From Balanoglossus misakiensis (Eukaryota; Animalia; Hemichordata), in NCBI GenBank assembly GCA_040954595.2, contig CM082594.2, forward strand, positions 1,692,247 to 1,756,246: DNA of 64,000 bases. The letters run 5' to 3'. Position numbers and translations under genes: made by a program. The first letter of the stretch is position 1; every line of letters begins with the position of its first letter. The notes beneath the pieces were generated by a model. The model saw nothing but the letters and a program-made list of their open reading frames with translations. It did no database searches and had not been told where the DNA came from. Below are positions 1 to 12,854 of this stretch, piece after piece.

Positions 1-2
1 TT

Positions 3-704
3 GTACATGGATGTGACTCAATCAAGCCTACTATTGATGATCTCCCTCAGAACAACCCAGTAAAAGCTGACCTCACTGCATTGCAAAATGCGCCCATTGA
101 TGAAGCCAACCAAGTGCTGACTGATAACTTAGAAAGTATCACTGAGATTGCTGGTACATGGAGACTGATACGTACTGAAATTGACAAGTCAGCAGTCATT
201 GGGTCCACAGTGAAATGGTACATGTATGGCAGAAATAGAGAAGCCTTTGATCAGTTTACTGATGGGTTGTCTTCACTTGGTGTACTTGAGGCTATGCGGC
301 AGTACCTAACAAGCTTCCAGCCTGTCTTCTGTGAGCCTGCTCCACTAACTACTGATATGTTTTTATCTGATGTTACACGGAGTGAGGAAGGATCCAATAT
401 GTTCAACGCTGAAAGTCTTCTCCTGTCATACTGGGCAGATTTCTTGCAAGATGTCCAAGATCAAGAAATAGACAATGTGACACTGGCCGAGATAATGATG
501 TTTACCATTGGGTGTACAGAGCTTGTCGAAGGACTAACTCCAAGAATTATGTTCCTTCATGGAAGTGAAGCTCAATCTAAATTCCCCAAAGCCAACACTT
601 GTGCTGGTGCGCTCCACCTTCCAATATTACACAAAACATATGATGCATTTAAACATGCTATGGCTTTTGCCATAACCAATTCCAAGGGTTTTGGTTATGG
701 ATAA
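3..704 (+). CDS. C-terminal part of a G2E3-like HECT E3 ubiquitin ligase (5' end outside window), probably the second gene of the adjacent IS3EU-like transposon
   Basis: Frame is open from base 3. HECT C-lobe motifs: 'QFTDGLSSLGVL', 'IMMFTIGC', catalytic 'FPKANTCAGALHLP', C-terminal 'AITNSKGFG'. Converges on the transposase at 2863-5583. Confidence 0.85.
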   Translation, partial: VHGCDSIKPTIDDLPQNNPVKADLTALQNAPIDEANQVLTDNLESITEIAGTWRLIRTEIDKSAVIGSTVKWYMYGRNREAFDQFTDGLSSLGVLEAMRQYLTSFQPVFCEPAPLTTDMFLSDVTRSEEGSNMFNAESLLLSYWADFLQDVQDQEIDNVTLAEIMMFTIGCTELVEGLTPRIMFLHGSEAQSKFPKANTCAGALHLPILHKTYDAFKHAMAFAITNSKGFGYG

Positions 705-1060
705 GTCTGTTACAGACAGTGTACTGGAAAATATGTTCAGAATAGACAGGTTTCCAGACTGACAAAACAGGGTTCAGTTTAGACAGGTTTTACTGTTCTA
801 TTTTTACAGAATTGTGTACCCCGTTTTTCCCTCAAGAGTTGACATTCCTTTTTTTAAAGTTTGAAGTTACTGTTATACTGGTAATGTGTGGTGATATGGC
901 CACTGGAGAGCTATTTTTTATTGGATTTGTTATATCTGGAACTCAAACGCCTCAGAAGTGATTTCATACAAATTGCTTGTGTTATACATATACACATGGA
1001 TTGTTTTTGTTAAATTTTATGACTACAGTTACAAATTGTGGGGACTATGTCATTAACAAT

Positions 1061-1211
1061 GCGCCCCTTTCATAAGTCTGGTACCATCACGCAGCCATCA
1101 TGTATTTGAACTCAAAGCGAGGCCAATGGGGAAAAGTTGACCAATCACTTCGAGGTTCAAATTCATAATTGCTGCATGAGGGCCTGGGCACTAGACTTAT
1201 GAAAAGGGTGT
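1061..1211. mobile_element. MITE with ~25-bp TIRs and AT target duplication (ISL2EU-like)
   Basis: GCGCCCCTTTCATAAGTCTGGTACC vs reverse complement of right end ACACCCTTTTCATAAGTCTAGTGCC; AT at 1059-1060 and 1212-1213. Confidence 0.6.
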
Positions 1212-2198
1212 ATGGAATTTACTTTTCTTATACTTTTCCTGCGTAATTACTTGAAATCATCACAAGTGCCACAGTGGCTATTGGCTCTAGTCTTTAACCT
1301 TTAAAACTGTTTACCATTGTTACTGTATTTTTAGAGCATGCAACTGTTTGTAGATTTTGTAGTGATGTTACTATCATGCCTGACTTAAATGCTAATACAT
1401 GTAGTTCTATACACAGTGCTGTTAACAAATGTGGCCAATTTTAATGAGGTTTATTTGTTTGATCAGGAATCTTGACTGCACTTAACTATACCCAGCCCTA
1501 GCTGGGTTCAACAATTTCTCCCACAATCAGAGGACCTCCATTCATAGCTGGACTCACTGCTGGAGGCCAAGCCAGAGTGGTAGCGAACAATCATTCGGAG
1601 TTGAGGGTCTGTAATCACAATAATAGTCAGACATTTTTCACATCGGACAGTGTCTGGACAATTGTGTGTGATGTGAACATTCATAACAACTTACTGTTCA
1701 GTGGGGGTATCAATGTTTTGCCATTGACAGAGAAAGATGACACAAAAAAGAACAGTATAAACTATACCAGTACATGTATTGATAATCAGACTGAAACAAC
1801 ACTGTGTACTTTTTATATTGTATGTCATGAAGAGTATTATAGAATGAGGAGGATCACTAGAGGCAATAACATTTTACAGTGTATTAGATAGTGAACAGTC
1901 TACTAGTTTGCATGAAAATTGGGCAATGGGAGGCGTTACCAGTGTTTACCTAGGACATTGTGCATGTTTTACAAGAAATGTTTCACTAAAGTTGTATTCA
2001 ACTATTGTGTGCTTTTATATCGCTGCATTAAATGGTTCTGACTTAAATATTTTTGTGGGTGTTTTTTTTCAATCCTACAGCCATGAAGATATGTATGGCT
2101 GTTGTGTGTGCTGGCTGATGGATGTACCACAAGGATGTGAGCAGTCATGATATTTTGTGTATACTGTATGATAATGTGTGTATATTTACATACCAGTT

Positions 2199-2335
2199 TG
2201 TATGTATGTATGTATGTATGTATGTATGTATGTATGTATGTATGTATGTATGTATGTATGTATGTATGTATGTATGTATGTATGTATGTATGTATGTATG
2301 TATGTATGCATGCATGCATGCATGCATGCATGCAT
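2199..2335. repeat. (TATG)n microsatellite grading into (CATG)n
   Basis: Read directly; explains the YVCM/IHTY pseudo-ORFs. Confidence 0.97.
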
Positions 2336-2340
2336 GGCTG

Positions 2341-2434
2341 GCTTGGCTTTGGGTGTGAGAATGGGTGGTTTAATAGATGGGTGAATGTTTCCAGCCATCT
2401 ATTAAACCACCCATTCTCACACCCAAAGCCAAGC
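2341..2434. repeat. Perfect 40-bp inverted repeat with 14-nt loop
   Basis: 2341-2380 GCTTGGCTTTGGGTGTGAGAATGGGTGGTTTAATAGATGG is the exact reverse complement of 2395-2434. Confidence 0.95.
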
Positions 2435-2862
2435 AATCCATCCATCCATACATAAATAAATACATAAGTACATCTGGGTATGTAAACACACACACACATT
2501 GCCATACAGTATGTGTGCATGCATGCATACTGAGACAGCCAGACAGGCACTCGCGCATACATTCATGATACATACATCGACACACACACTTATAAAAACA
2601 TATCACTTCTAGCCTACAACTAACTGGCACATAAATATGAAAAACAGAAGCTAAAGAACTCAGTGGCGATTTGTAGCATTTTGGAATAATGACAATTGAC
2701 AAATCTTTATTTCATTTCAATATGCCAATATTTACTGGCCTGGTTTATTGCTTTATTGCAATACACAGGAATAAAGATTGTCTTTTACTGGGTGTTGTCT
2801 TGAAATCTGATACCATTCTGGCTAGATCACAGTCACATTAAACAAAATGAATAAATAGTGTG

Positions 2863-5583
2863 TTAATATTCTCCTGCCACGTGTATTAATCCATCATACA
2901 ATTGTATTGCATCTCTCCAGTGAAGTGGTTTGCTTATAGCACATGTTTGCAAAACATATTGGAAATATTGTTGATAGTCATTATCATTGTCTCTATCAAT
3001 GAGTTCATGATATACATAGTTCATTTCATCCTGCGCAACAGGCTGGATTAAGTTGTCAGCACCTCCGTGGAGTTCTGGGAGATAATAGAGGGAGTCCGGT
3101 CTGCCTGGAACAGTATCATGTCTTGACCGCCGAATGTAATGAGTGTTCCAATGTTCACGAACATGATCAAGATCATTCTGGAGTAAACACGCGAAACAAA
3201 ACCACAGGCATTCTTTATGTAAATCATTAGTGGAATCAAATATACCCTGTGACTCCATATCCTTGAAGAAATTTATCCACCATGTTGAGCGGTTTTTTCT
3301 CAGAAATGACCACCATGCTTCAATTCTCTGATTCCGTGGAGATGCTACATATCTATGTGCATCAATGTCGTTCCGAAAAAATGCCTGTGTAGCAGCCATG
3401 GTGCCATTTTCTGTACCAAGATCAGTGACGCTAGTTATACTTTGCGAAACAACGAAACAGCAAAACGAAACGACGAAACCATTATTAAAATAGGGGCCAG
3501 TCATCAAGACGGTGGCGTATGATTTTTTTAAAAGTTTCCAAATAAGTTCCTGGTCTGCATTCTCGCCCCACCAGACTACGTATTTCTTTCGTTTCACTTT
3601 TTGCGGGGAGCAGAGCGCTGCCGTAAAAGGGCCGTGGTTTGCGACGATGCTGGTCTGCGGCCTGGTACTAGTGGTTGCGCGCCAAAAAAGACACGGGGAT
3701 TTTCCCTCCATTTTACTGCCGACTTTTATGAAGCAATGCACATTTTCCATCGGAGGACTTATCTTTTCCGCCGAAAATGTAGATGAAAGGAAGTGCAAAT
3801 TTCTGAAATATTTCTGAGCATCGCTACGATTGTTTTACTGTTCATGCACTACGGCCGCTGCACACAGAGGGACACACTCACCGCGACGCTGACCTCAACA
3901 GCGCGGACATACTGTAAAATATTTCGTTTGAATTGAGAGATTTTTTCATGATGAACAAATTCATTGCTTGTTGGGAAATACGTTACAACTTGAACCGTGG
4001 TGTGACAACTTACTTAGTCCCCAAATGCATGCCTTGCAGGGTCTAGTGCAATGACGTGTATTACCGAAATTAACATTTTCATGCCATAGCACTAGCAGTC
4101 AGATTTTTCCTGGTTGAAGCAACGAAAATGACGTATTGCCCAGTGCAGTCTGACATACTTCGAAATACATGTACTTGGATTTTCTTTATTTTACACCTCG
4201 CAACGGAGGATACGGAATGTGCATTGCTTTATAAAAGTCGTGTCACGGTCAGGAGATAAGCTTAGAATCGGCAGGCGTACACACGTAGAACGGGTAGAAG
4301 AACTATGACATTACGCTTTGACTTTCGGAATTTTGCACTTCGTTTCATCTGATTTTCGGGGAAGAAAAGACGAATCATTTAATGGACTATGTGAAATGTG
4401 CTTTGGTTTTCAAAAATCGGCAATAATTTGAGAATATTAAAGTCCCCGCGTGTCAATAGCCGGCCCCCTATGCACTGGCTATTGACACGCGCGTGTCAAT
4501 AGACACGGCCTATCTTAATTGCAATTCATGCCTCCCCGGGGGCCTTGTGGTATTTAAGGAAATAGTGACAGTTGCTGCCGCATTTTGAGGTTTCGATCTT
4601 TTGTGGTTTCGTTGTGCGCGCGTGTATATTCACTGTGTATATGTAGCAGTTTGGCATGAATCGTTTGCGCGCACACGACGTCGACTCTACCACTACATAG
4701 TACCAGGCCGCAGACCAGGAACTGGCGACCCGCCGTTTGTTTCCAACGCCAAATTTAATTCTAATGTTGAATTTCCGAGAAAACAATTTATCTGACCTGT
4801 AGTTTTCTTGGCTCGCTTACGTTTTAATTTGGAAACTTTTAAAAAAATCATACGCCACCGTCTTGATGACTGGCCCCTATTTTAATAATGGTTTCGTCGT
4901 TTCGCTGTTTCGCAAAGTATAACTAGCCGATCAGTGATGAGCTCAATGGGACAGCCATCAAATCTGTTTACTGCTTCAAGGTAATATGCTGCAATATTAT
5001 CTGGGAGATTGTTTGACTTTGTCACATTAAGCCACAATATCTTTCTACTGTATCCATTTATGGCTCAATGTATGAGAAAGCCGAATGGTTTCAGTTTATC
5101 ATAGCCGTCAACATGCCATGCAAAATTAGGTCCAGGATTCAAATATACTCTTTTCTTGAGTCGATGTGCTCTTCTCAAAAAACTGCCTTCTGGGTCCAAT
5201 TCCCTCAATAGCTGCTGAACAACAATTCTGGGAACATTGATACCTTCCATTTTGAGACTGTGCCATACTGTCCGATAGCCATCGGTGCACTCTGGTCCAT
5301 CCAGCATTTCCTTGATTTTGTCTCTCACTGCTTCGATGTCATATTCTACTCGTCGTCTTTTCAAACCTTACGAGTTTATACGACGATCCAATGTTCGCTT
5401 ACTAATACGAATATCATGGTATTTTCTTAAAAATAGAAGGATTTCGTCATACGTGAATCCTCTAAAGAAAAAATGTCGTATCAAGCTTTCTTCGTCGTCT
5501 CCGCACATCGCCCCGTCATCAGTATCGACATCAGAAAGGTGTGGTGTCGGTGATAAACTCTCTTGGTGAGACGGAGACGCCAT
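2863..5583 (-). pseudogene. IS3EU-type DDE transposase (integrase-core fold), inactivated
   Basis: Joined frame: HTH region 'GFTYDEI...ISKRTLDRR', 'GPNFAWHVDGYDKLKPFGF.IH[*]AINGYSRKILWL', 'ITD|LGTENG', 'SPRNQRIEAWW', 'WNTHYIR'. In-frame stops at 5368-5370 and 5065-5067; insertion 3429-4928 sits at the second catalytic Asp. Confidence 0.88.
3429..4928. mobile_element. Non-autonomous MULE/Mutator-like element, 1500 bp, ~105-115-bp TIRs, 9-bp TSD
   Basis: TSD GATCAGTGA at 3420-3428 and 4929-4937. TIR (C/G)GCTAGTTATACTTTGCGAAAC...ATTATTAAAATAGGGGCCAGTCATCAAGACGGTGGCG. Removal restores the transposase frame ITDLGTENG. Confidence 0.88.
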
Positions 5584-5679
5584 TATTCCCGTCTGTTTGT
5601 TGGGAATGTATACTCCTGTAACGTCCTGAAAGGTGGGAATTGTGGGATACCTTCACTTCCGCCGCGACTAAAAAAGTAT

Positions 5680-6210
5680 TTTGCTTTCTCAGAAAAATAT
5701 TTTGTGCATCTATCTAAAAAATTTGTACACCGAAACCTGAATAGCGCCCCCATGAAAAAGTTTGTCAGTAGCAATAGAAAGAGCGACCCCATAAGTTGTG
5801 TAACTAGAAATTAGATAAAAATATATTTACATCTGTAAAATAAAATTTTCACCCGCGAAAAGTAATGTTACTTAAAAAAAGTTTTACAAAATTAACTATT
5901 TCTTTCTGAAAATAAAAAAATTCTATGTAGTTTAGATAATATTTTATCTCAAGTGTTAGAAGTTTATTTTGGAAAAAAATCTTAAAATTTTACTCTCGGA
6001 AAAAATAAAATTGGCTTTCGGAAATTAAACTTTTGTTCTCTAAAATAAGAGTTGTGTAAAGTAAAATTAAAGTTTTACTGTCAAAATTAAAAAGTTTACT
6101 CCACTGAAATTGAAATTGTGTACGTCAAAATTATAGTTGTCTGTCTGTCTACTTAGTAATTTTTCTCTTCTCTCTCACCCTCTTTCCCACCCTTACCCCT
6201 TTTCCCGCTA
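5680..6210. repeat. AT-rich degenerate subterminal region and probable end of IS3EU element 1
   Basis: A-run-rich short degenerate repeats upstream of the transposase start; the exact terminus (near CCCGCTA at 6210) is uncertain. Confidence 0.4.
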
Positions 6211-6259
6211 CATTCATTGCAGCTATCTGTCAGTTTTTATAATGTCCGCCCACAAAAAA

Positions 6260-8525
6260 TGCTGATAATCAACACGACCATCGTGTCGATAAGTAAGAAA
6301 AACTACGTATCGACACGACCATCGTGTCGATAATCCGTTTGTTTTTCTTATCGACACGACCATCGTGTCGATAACTGGAATTTTTGCTTACCCACACGAT
6401 GATAAGCAAAAAATGCTGATAATCAACACGACCACCGTGCAGTCAGATCGCACGGTACTCATTAACATATGTAAATGAGGGAAAGTACTTCAAACCATGT
6501 AGCCGTTAGAGTGGGCCCCGCTGACGGGTCTCGAAATAGGCCATTTTTTACTCGATATTATAGAGCTGTTTTCAGGCGATGTGGATTATTTTAAGACAAA
6601 ACCGTGGATTCACTCGAAGGTACATTTTGTAGGTATACTGGATTGTTACTGAATGATTTTTTGGCAACTTCTGTCGAGTAGTTTCTTTGTAATCGCGAAA
6701 TTTCTGACGACTGTGAAAAAACACATAGCGTTGACATCCTCTCGATTATTTTTAAGCTGACCGTTAAACATGGATTTTACCACGAAATTTCAAACTTTTA
6801 TCAAAATATAGATATCAACCCCCTCTCTTTGAGTTTTCATTCACTTCCAAGCTTTCATAGTGACGATATGAACAGTTCAATTTTGTTTACTTTTCAACCC
6901 GTGAGCGCCACTTCTTCTGCAAAATGGCGGGAGAAGACAGCATGCATGTGTATGTATATACGCTGGCGCAGGCTTGATCCTGGGATTGAACCGGCTGCGA
7001 CGTTTTCCTTCCTCTCTCGTGCGAAGAAATTGTGATTGCTGATAAGTAATCCCGAGTTTTACTAAACCCTAACAATTATTTTATGAAGGTTTGCCCGTCA
7101 AGGAAACTCACTTTTTTTATTGTTCTTTCAGATTGATGAAGACTGATTTTTGTGGTGGTGGTGTTGCAGTTGACTGTTTTATTTTAGCTGTCTGAGTTGA
7201 CAATTTATTCTGTATTTTGTTGTATTTTTAACTCTTCATTCTGTATTTTGTAGTAGTATTTTGAACACTGTTTAATAAATAAATTACTATTATTATTATT
7301 TATCGACCCAATGCAATGATGACAAATCGCTCGCTTTCAGACACAAATGTTGTATTTATTGCATATATCATCAGCGAATAAATGGAAGTGGTTTCGAAGT
7401 TACACTTGGCATATTCGAAAAGTCTACTTATATCCCACGATAAGGAGAGAACAAATAAAAACACGCCAGCTGAGCTCCTCATACGTAGTCACGTACGGTA
7501 AACCTGGCATTCTGTGCATGGGTAATCAAATACATTTTGTATTTGTTTGTAGCCCAATGTAGGCGTACGGCGTGTGGAGCACCCGGGCGCGGCACTCGTG
7601 CGATTGATCGATGTTGTGTCGAAATCAAGCCAGTAATTAAGATAAAACTTGGCTAATATGTTACCTTAGAGTGTTATACACTATCCAGTAACTTTTACTT
7701 GACAAGTGTCTTTTAGAAACCATTTTCCCCACGATAAACGCGTCGTTTCACGAGCAACGCAACACTTCCGTATTTACAAGCCGAACATTGAGAGGTCAAC
7801 GTAGGGCCTATACTTCCGGGTCATATCGTCGAAGTACATCGATTATTTTTAAGCTGAACGTTACACAAGCATTTCGAATTAATTTCTTTTCACGGATGTT
7901 GGGACCGATATTAGACCTATCTGTCACGAAAACTTGGTTAACTTCCGAGGTCGACTTCAAATGATTTTTGGCACGTTTGTGGACGTCTCTTCCGAGGTCA
8001 CCAACATACCACCGAAAACACGTTAAAAACTACTACTATTACCGACAGATTCTCATAATATTCACGTCTGCAGTGTAAAATGGGAATCACTTTTGTAATT
8101 TATCGAGCTAGCATGGTATTTTATTGTATCAAGGAGTGTAAAAATCAAGTTGAAAATCACCTTGAAAACTGGCCTATTGCCGTCTGTTTGAAAGTTAATG
8201 GTCGGTGGCTTGACGAACTTTAATATGCAAATGAGCACCATGCGATCTGACTGCGTGTCGATAAGTAAGAAAAACTACGTATCCACACGACCATCGTGTC
8301 GATAACGTGTTTTTTTTGCTTATCGACACGATAGTGATCGTGCAAATAAGCTGAAAATGCTTCTTATTGACACGATCACCGTGTCGATAAGCAAAAAAAC
8401 ACACGTTATCGACACGACCATCGTGTCGATAGGTAAGGAAAACTACATTATCGACACGATCATCGTGTCGATAAAGCATTTTTTTTCCCTTATCCACACG
8501 ACGATCGTGTCGATAGGCGCAAACC
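6260..8525. repeat. Array of palindromic TATCGACACGA-CC-ATCGTGTCGATA units (foldback/MULE-like end), split by an insertion
   Basis: Units at 6266-6439 and 8254-8516, spacing ~33-36 bp. Ends in ...GATAGGCGCAAACC (GG-type terminus) at 8525, exactly where Crypton copy 1 is truncated. Confidence 0.75.
6440..8253. mobile_element. Non-autonomous TIR element with CAG termini and 4-bp TSD (Academ-like)
   Basis: CAGTCAGATCGCACGGTACTCATTAACATAT vs reverse complement CAGTCAGATCGCATGGTGCTCATTTGCATAT; TSD CGTG at 6436-6439 and 8254-8257. Superfamily is inferred. Confidence 0.75.
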
Positions 8526-8702
8526 AGACAAATGGCATTCAGACGTACCAATAACAATTTTAATGAACATTAAAATATTTTAGAAGAACATTAAAACAGC
8601 AAAGGTGAAAAAACGCAATTCAGTCTTTCAAAATTAATAACAAAGTGTTCGATCGCGGCCCCCATCACCGGCGGTGCCCCATACCCGGAAGTCTCGCTAA
8701 GA

Positions 8703-9790
8703 CTACTCGCTATCCGAATCAAACATCACAAACGGACGCGGACGTTTCCTTGCGGCTCCAGCTCCAGCCGTCGATGGCATGCACATATGTATAGTGCAGT
8801 TGTTAAAAACTATGGCTGGAGCTGCTTGTTGTTTGAATGGACCGGGTTTTGTGTCTTCAGGAGTGCTACTGCTGGGCTTGCTTAGAATTGCTGAAATGCG
8901 CCGGTGATCCTCAATCGAAACGGTGTCGTAGTGTTGTAGACTGGAGACGTTTTTGTGTCCGGTTATTTTTATTATCTGCTGTGGTGGGATTCCTGCCTTC
9001 GTCTGTGTTTGAACGGTTGTCTTCCGTACAGAGTGATTTGTTTTTCGCCCACCAAACGGCACGACGATCTCCATATGTTCCATCGCGTGTTTTGGTATCG
9101 CGTTCCCGGAACTCTAAAAAATCGAGGCCAGAGCTATCCCTTTGGATAGTGATGTCTCCGAAGCACAGTTTTCTGTGCTCGTCCCGACCGCGTAGACCGA
9201 AGTGCTTCGTGAATAAATACCACAGAGTGAAATTCAAGGTGTCACCGTCAGCGCTGCCAAGTTTGCCTTCTTTCCACATTGCCTCCTCTTCTTCTGGAGA
9301 TATAGCTTCGCTAGCATGACTGCCAGAGCCCATGCCAGACTTCTTTAGCTGCATCCGTTTAGCTTTAATTGCGTCATTTGTCAACGCGAAGCTCTTGTCA
9401 TTCAACAACACCCCATAGTTGTTTTGCCCATAGTTGTTTTGCGCTATACTTTACATCTGAAACAGAGCCTGGTTCGTAGTCAGTGCCGTCAGCTTTTTTG
9501 AGATTGACGAAGAATGTTGCTAGATATTCGTTCAACGTCTTGGGTGGTATTTCCGCTAAGTTGCGAGTGTCCCCGTATTTGTTCTCAATGAAACGCCGTA
9601 CCTTTGCTACGTCTCGCTCAGTCGTACGAACCGTGCTCGGTTTTCTTTGCGATTTGATGAAATCGTTCACACTTGCCAAATCATCTTCACCAACTGTTGC
9701 CTCGCTTTCTCCTTCGAGTCCGAAAAGTAAAACATCTAATTCGTCTTTTGGAATTTCTTCCATCCACCGGATAATATCGTCCGCTGCCAT
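8703..9790 (-). pseudogene. Crypton tyrosine recombinase (DUF3504-type), copy 1, with 224-bp internal deletion
   Basis: Same as 17106-18417 but lacks the segment equivalent to 17461-17684 (AC microhomology at 9056-9057); shares the frameshift near 9410-9440. Confidence 0.9.
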
Positions 9791-12700
9791 AATTTATCGT
9801 ACTCAGCGCAGTGAAGTGGAGCAGACGACAACTTTCGAATCTCGCGCAATAAAAACAAAAGTAGATCCGGATATTGAACGTGTCTTCCAAATATGGTCAC
9901 CGGGCCGGGGCGTATTATGCAGCACAAAGGTCAAAAGGTAACTTCGAGATTTCACATCTTCAGTGATTCATAAGTGACGTTAATCTTAGATTGTATTTCA
10001 AGGTCAGTGTGAATTATTCTTATGGCGTCACAATGTCGTAGTGTGTTTGCGTCCAAGAGATGGAGGAGAATGAGCTGAGGGGAACCAGAGAGAGGGGGAG
10101 ACAGGCAGACAGAATTAGCCGCACACAGGTTTGAAGTTGCCATGTTATTTCAATTTAGAAAAGGGTTTTCAGCTACTTTGTGCATGAGAACAGGTCTAAT
10201 AGTTTATGACACTTTTCATTTCTCCTTGCAGAGGCAGAAAATAAGAAACAGGCAGAAAGTAAGAAAAAGGAAAACAAAAATGTTACTTTCAGTGAAAATA
10301 CAACGGTCTACGTTTTGTATGAGGAGCTCAAGAAATCTTCTGGTTATGAACTGGTAAGTGGCGCAATTCGTTGTTGTAATCATTAATGATTTTAGATTCC
10401 ATTCCCATAGCTTGTATTACATTTTTTCTATGTTTTAACACGTCAGTCACACACGCGCGCGCGCACACACACACACACACCCATACACACAGACAGACAG
10501 ATAGACAGACAGACAGACGCTCAGACAGACAGACGTACATGCATAGTTAGCTGGATATGTTTAGCAATCGAATTTGTGAATACATGCACAGGAATTAACC
10601 TTGTTTCATGTCCAATCTAAATGTAGAAGTCTGCGAACATGAATACGGAAGGCACTGGAGTTCAATCGGGTAAGTGCATTTTGTATTAATTTTAACATTG
10701 TTTAGGATATATTGTGTGTTTTTCACCATTATATACAGTTTAGTGGTAAGTTTACTGACGTTTCATTTTTCGATTGTGTAATTCCAGGAAATCAAACCCT
10801 TGAATGATTTAGCACCCCCAAAGCACACATGGGTACAACAGGCACATGGTCCAGGGCCGATCGACAGGAGAACCGCCATAATGAAATAACATTCCACTAA
10901 ATAAAATATCACACTCCGTATATACAAGCTCTCCATTCATTAAATAAGTCTTCGATAGTTTTAGTGTCGCCTGGTGAAATTATGCCCACGTCACGACTCT
11001 GGGGACCAGTGCTAATAAATTCGACATTGTAGCTGAGATAGCGTTGGTGGGCATGGTCAACATATCCGATACCATAGTGGGCAATGAGGGTAGAAATAAC
11101 CAAGTTAATCGCGATTTCGTTCAATTTAGGCCTACTACGATAACTATATACATTGTATGTACTGTGAATTTAGAACAGTTAAAACGGTTTCCCTTGGTTA
11201 CAGGATGTTTGCTTTCATGTGACCGACGCCCTCTCAAAAAGATAAGTTTCTCTTGTAACGGACTTTGATAGTATTGATTAAAATGTCGGATTGGTGGGAA
11301 ATGGAAAAATCCATATATTGAGTATTCTCTTACTTAATTCGGTCAATAACCTTGTCTTATAGCATTAATCACGATATAAATACATGCAATTCGATGCAAG
11401 TCGCACAGTTTTATTGTATAGAGTTGTGAGGTGGGACGGTAAGGAAGAGCCGGCCACCATAGCGTGTCTATACCATGGTCTTCGTAGATGCCCTATCCTG
11501 ATATCAGCGAAGAGCACTGTACCCGATTTGCACGCACGGGGGACTTTTGGTGATAACACAAAACTCTGCATGAACTTTACACCAATGAAAAAAGATCGCC
11601 ATTTCCAAGAGAGTACATGGCACGGCCGGAGATTATTACGTTGTTCACTGCCATGGGGAAAATAGTCAAATTGGATATAAAAAAGGCACAGACTTGGCAC
11701 TGTTAAAGCGCGTAGCTCATCTCACAGGCATATTCCAGCTGTAGCCGCTGGTTACAGGCGTTTAGTGAACAGTCAATCCCATGAGGCTGCTCTGTCCTAA
11801 CGACAGAGAAGATGGCGGCGACCATAATCTGTGTCGGAGATCGTGAAAAGACACCAGCTTGGGTGAAAAGGAGGGACAAAACCAGAATCTATACTTATAC
11901 TGTGCGCATGAAAAATGGAAGGAAGCGAAGGCAGTCCACTATTTGAATGCATCGAACGGAAAATTGGCTGGGAAGTTACGCGCATGCGCGTGAGACGAGA
12001 CACACAACACAGACAATCCACCAAATTTAAATCCCTGGGGACACAACAGAGGTACAGGTACAAGATGCTGACTTATTTGTACAAAATCGATGCAAACGTT
12101 AATTACATGATCAATGATGATTAATGACGTCATGAGAAATCTATTGACTTTTCCATAGCAACAATATCTCCACCCCCGCCTGCCTTGTAACATGCGATAG
12201 GTTATATCTTTGGTATTTATTTATTCATTGCTTATTTATCTTTCTCGTAACACTTGATTGATCGACATACATTGTAAGTTGTACACCTTGCTGTATCTGT
12301 ACATTCCAGCCATATTTTTCACTACAGGTTGTAAATTTAAATTTATCAAAACAGTCTTCTGGTGTTTTTGTGAGCCGAATGAGAAGCTGACTACGCATGC
12401 GCCACGATGTTTTTTGAAATGTTATCACATACATTAGAATCATATTCATTCACTCGTTTGTGAAATGTGAAATGCCATGCATTCCGAATGCCTTTTCACT
12501 ATCTGACATTTTGTTTAATATCTCTCTTAGAATCACCCCCCCCCCCAAAAAAAAAATCTCTTTAGACTTAAATGATGAAAACATACTGGTCTGAATGCTG
12601 CACATGCGCGATGAACGGCAGTGTGGCGTTTGGATTAACACTGAATAATTTACTAACATAATTTTGACCCGTAGCGATTACAGTCCACACCACGTGGAAG

Positions 12701-12795
12701 CAGGGTATATGATAAAAAGGGCACAACACCCTGGTTTTTATAAAGGGTCAAAGTCCTGAAATATTGTCCTTGTTCACATTCGTTACTATGATTAG

Positions 12796-12816
12796 GTAGT
12801 AGTAGTAGAAGTAGTA

Positions 12817-12847
<31 letters not shown>

Positions 12848-12854
12848 ATGATGA

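Noticed and set aside
2002-2562. ORFs rich in YVCM/IHTY (also 60231-60469)
   Set aside because: Translations of (TATG)n microsatellites.
3429-3798. N-terminus of the 311-aa ORF
   Set aside because: It is MULE TIR sequence read in frame by chance. The same applies to the first residues of ORFs 43948-44844 and 46248-48212.
6960-7005. tRNA/SINE B-box (GGTTCAATCCC on the minus strand)
   Set aside because: No A-box spacing or cloverleaf.
6260-8516. CRISPR-like array of palindromic repeats
   Set aside because: Spacers are only ~8-12 bp of A/T-rich related sequence, there are no cas genes, and the context is eukaryotic; transposon subterminal repeats explain it better.
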